DNA of 37,078 nucleotides from Planctomycetia bacterium (GTDB lineage Bacteria; Planctomycetota; Planctomycetia; Pirellulales; UBA1268): NCBI GenBank assembly GCA_009926295.1, contig RFPF01000003.1, positions 1 to 37,078 of the forward strand, read 5' to 3'. Shown piece by piece: positions 35,561 to 37,078 of this stretch (position 1 is its first letter; each line of letters starts with the position of its first letter). The notes under the pieces were generated by a model. It saw only the letters and a program-made list of their open reading frames with translations, ran no database searches and was not told where the DNA came from. The position numbers and the translations under genes were made by a program.

Positions 35561-36508
35561 CTACGGCTTCCTGAAGATGGTGCCGTGCTCGGTGACCTCG
35601 AAGCCAAGCTTCGTGAACAGACTCATCGCAGGCGCGTTCGTCGACGATGCGTGCGTCTCGACGAGCGACACGCCCTCCTGCGAGAGGTCGTGCAGCGCCT
35701 CGGCGACGAGGTAATGGGCGAGGCCCTGCCGGCGGCGCGGACTCTCGATCTCCACGTCGAGCAGGCCGGCGGCGACCACGCCCCAGGCCCCCGCCAGCGG
35801 CTGCATGTCCCAAAACGACGCGCTGCCCAGCAGTTCCTCCTCCTGGCCGAGCAGTTCGTATCGCCGCAGGGCCACGCCCGTCGTCGTGGCCGCCTCCCAC
35901 CACGTGCGTCGCGCGGGTTCGTCGATGGCCCGCAGCGCCGTGGTCCTTCTGATCGCCAGCTGCGTGCGGTTGACCGGCGGCCTGAAGCCGTGGAGCGAGC
36001 GCCGCAGAACGGCGATCCGCTCTCCCGTCTCGTAGCCCGCCCGCTCGAAGAGCCGACGCATCGACGCCGACGAGTCGAGAATGCCGGGCAGATCGGAGCC
36101 GCCGTAGAGGCCGAGGTAGAAACTCCGCAGTTCGGCCGAACCGCCGCCGAGAATGGTGCCCGCGCCCCGCCGGCGAAGATACGCCTCGCAGCCGCGCAGC
36201 AGTTCGTCGCCGATCTGCTCCTGCAATGGATGCGGGACGACGGCCACGAGAAGCGTCGTACCCACCTGAGTGTCGACGCCGGTGCGGCTGCGGTTCGGCC
36301 CGAAGGCGGCATGCGCGAATCCCACGACGCGGTCGTCGTCGGCAGCCACGATCAGGCCCTCGCGGTCGAAATAGGGCTTGGAAAACACGCTGGCTTCGAG
36401 GAGCGCGGCGGTCATCGGCTGCATGGCCGCCGGCCCCAGATCGGCCGACCGCCACACGTCGGCGAGCCGCGGCGGATCGGCGTTGCGGAAGCAGCGGATT
36501 TCGATCAT
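35561..36508 (-). CDS. Tandem-domain GNAT N-acetyltransferase
   Basis: IRCFRNAD, VVGFAH, VVPHPLQEQIGDELL; C-terminal IESPRRRQGLAHYL (acetyl-CoA motif A) and NAPAMSLFTKLGF. Confidence 0.88.
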   Translation of the reverse strand: MIEIRCFRNADPPRLADVWRSADLGPAAMQPMTAALLEASVFSKPYFDREGLIVAADDDRVVGFAHAAFGPNRSRTGVDTQVGTTLLVAVVPHPLQEQIGDELLRGCEAYLRRRGAGTILGGGSAELRSFYLGLYGGSDLPGILDSSASMRRLFERAGYETGERIAVLRRSLHGFRPPVNRTQLAIRRTTALRAIDEPARRTWWEAATTTGVALRRYELLGQEEELLGSASFWDMQPLAGAWGVVAAGLLDVEIESPRRRQGLAHYLVAEALHDLSQEGVSLVETHASSTNAPAMSLFTKLGFEVTEHGTIFRKP

Positions 36509-36873
36509 GCCCCCTCCGCTCCGGAAGCCGGACCCGCGGCGTTGACGCGGACGTACACGCCGCCCTCGCGCTCCTGCACGTCGTACACCGGTTGCCGCAC
36601 CGTGGCAGACAACTTATGGCGACCGGTCACGACGTCGAACTGCCATCCGTGCCACGGGCACGTGAGGATGGTGCCGCACAAGTGACCGGTGCCGAGCGGG
36701 CCGCCCTGGTGCGGACAAAGCCCGTCGAGGGCGTGCCATGTGCCGGCCACGTTCGCCAGCGCGACAACCCGCCCCGCGACGATCCGCTCGACGCTGGTGC
36801 CGGGCGGGCACTCGTCCACGGAGGCTGCGCGAAACCACACGGCCTCGTCGAGCGGTTCGGGCGGGTCGGTCAT
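36505..36873 (-). CDS. Rieske [2Fe-2S] ferredoxin
   Basis: CPHQGGPL and CPWHGWQFD motifs; ATGA overlap with GNAT. Start set at ATG 36873. Confidence 0.92.
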   Translation of the reverse strand: MTDPPEPLDEAVWFRAASVDECPPGTSVERIVAGRVVALANVAGTWHALDGLCPHQGGPLGTGHLCGTILTCPWHGWQFDVVTGRHKLSATVRQPVYDVQEREGGVYVRVNAAGPASGAEGA

Positions 36874-37078
36874 GGGCGGGCACCGATTGGGCTCCGCGCG
36901 GACCAGCATCACGCCGCGGAGCGGCCCACTGTAGCCTGTGGAGGCTGTCCTCGCCATCGGCGGTGCACCCACCAGTACTGGGCCGGGGCGCGCCGGATCG
37001 CCCGCTCCAGGATCGAGGTGTACCACTGCGAGACCGCCCGCAGGTCCGCGGTGCCGGCCCCGCCCGCGGCGGGGTCGG

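Noticed and set aside
1-37078. tRNA, rRNA, CRISPR array, transposase/integrase, prophage or low-GC island
   Set aside because: None recognised by eye; composition appears uniform. A tRNAscan/Rfam run would be needed to fully exclude small RNAs.
36874-37078. Possible gene start at the right edge
   Set aside because: Too little sequence and no recognisable motif.

Overview
High-GC (roughly 70%, by eye) bacterial chromosome segment. The gene content and protein families (DUF1080, DUF1570, YdjY-like, long-insert RpoD, remnant mur/ftsQ cluster) point to a planctomycete, probably Planctomycetia; this is inference. About 31 genuine CDS, mostly housekeeping: S46 dipeptidyl peptidase fused to DUF1080 (runs off the left edge, absent from the ORF track), comM/yifB, PAP2, receiver protein, dnaG-rpoD-C4 zinc-ribbon-greA, yggS, chdC/hemQ, two HtrA proteases, cinA, thiL, tsaE, PIN-PhoH, GNAT and Rieske. 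The best candidate for an under-described system is a compact, translationally coupled four-gene type VII secretion-like operon (15326-20616). It encodes a WXG100 protein with W-x-D instead of W-x-G, a 202-aa helical partner, a second W-x-D helical-hairpin protein and a 1390-aa membrane-anchored FtsK/SpoIIIE ATPase, with no other known T7SS components, in an apparently diderm host. A second notable locus is a collapsed murE-murB-ftsQ cluster whose MurB and MurE have intact frames but have lost key catalytic or specificity residues. No tRNA, rRNA, CRISPR array or transposase was seen. One GTAG-type REP and a structured ~160-bp palindromic element lie upstream of phoH.
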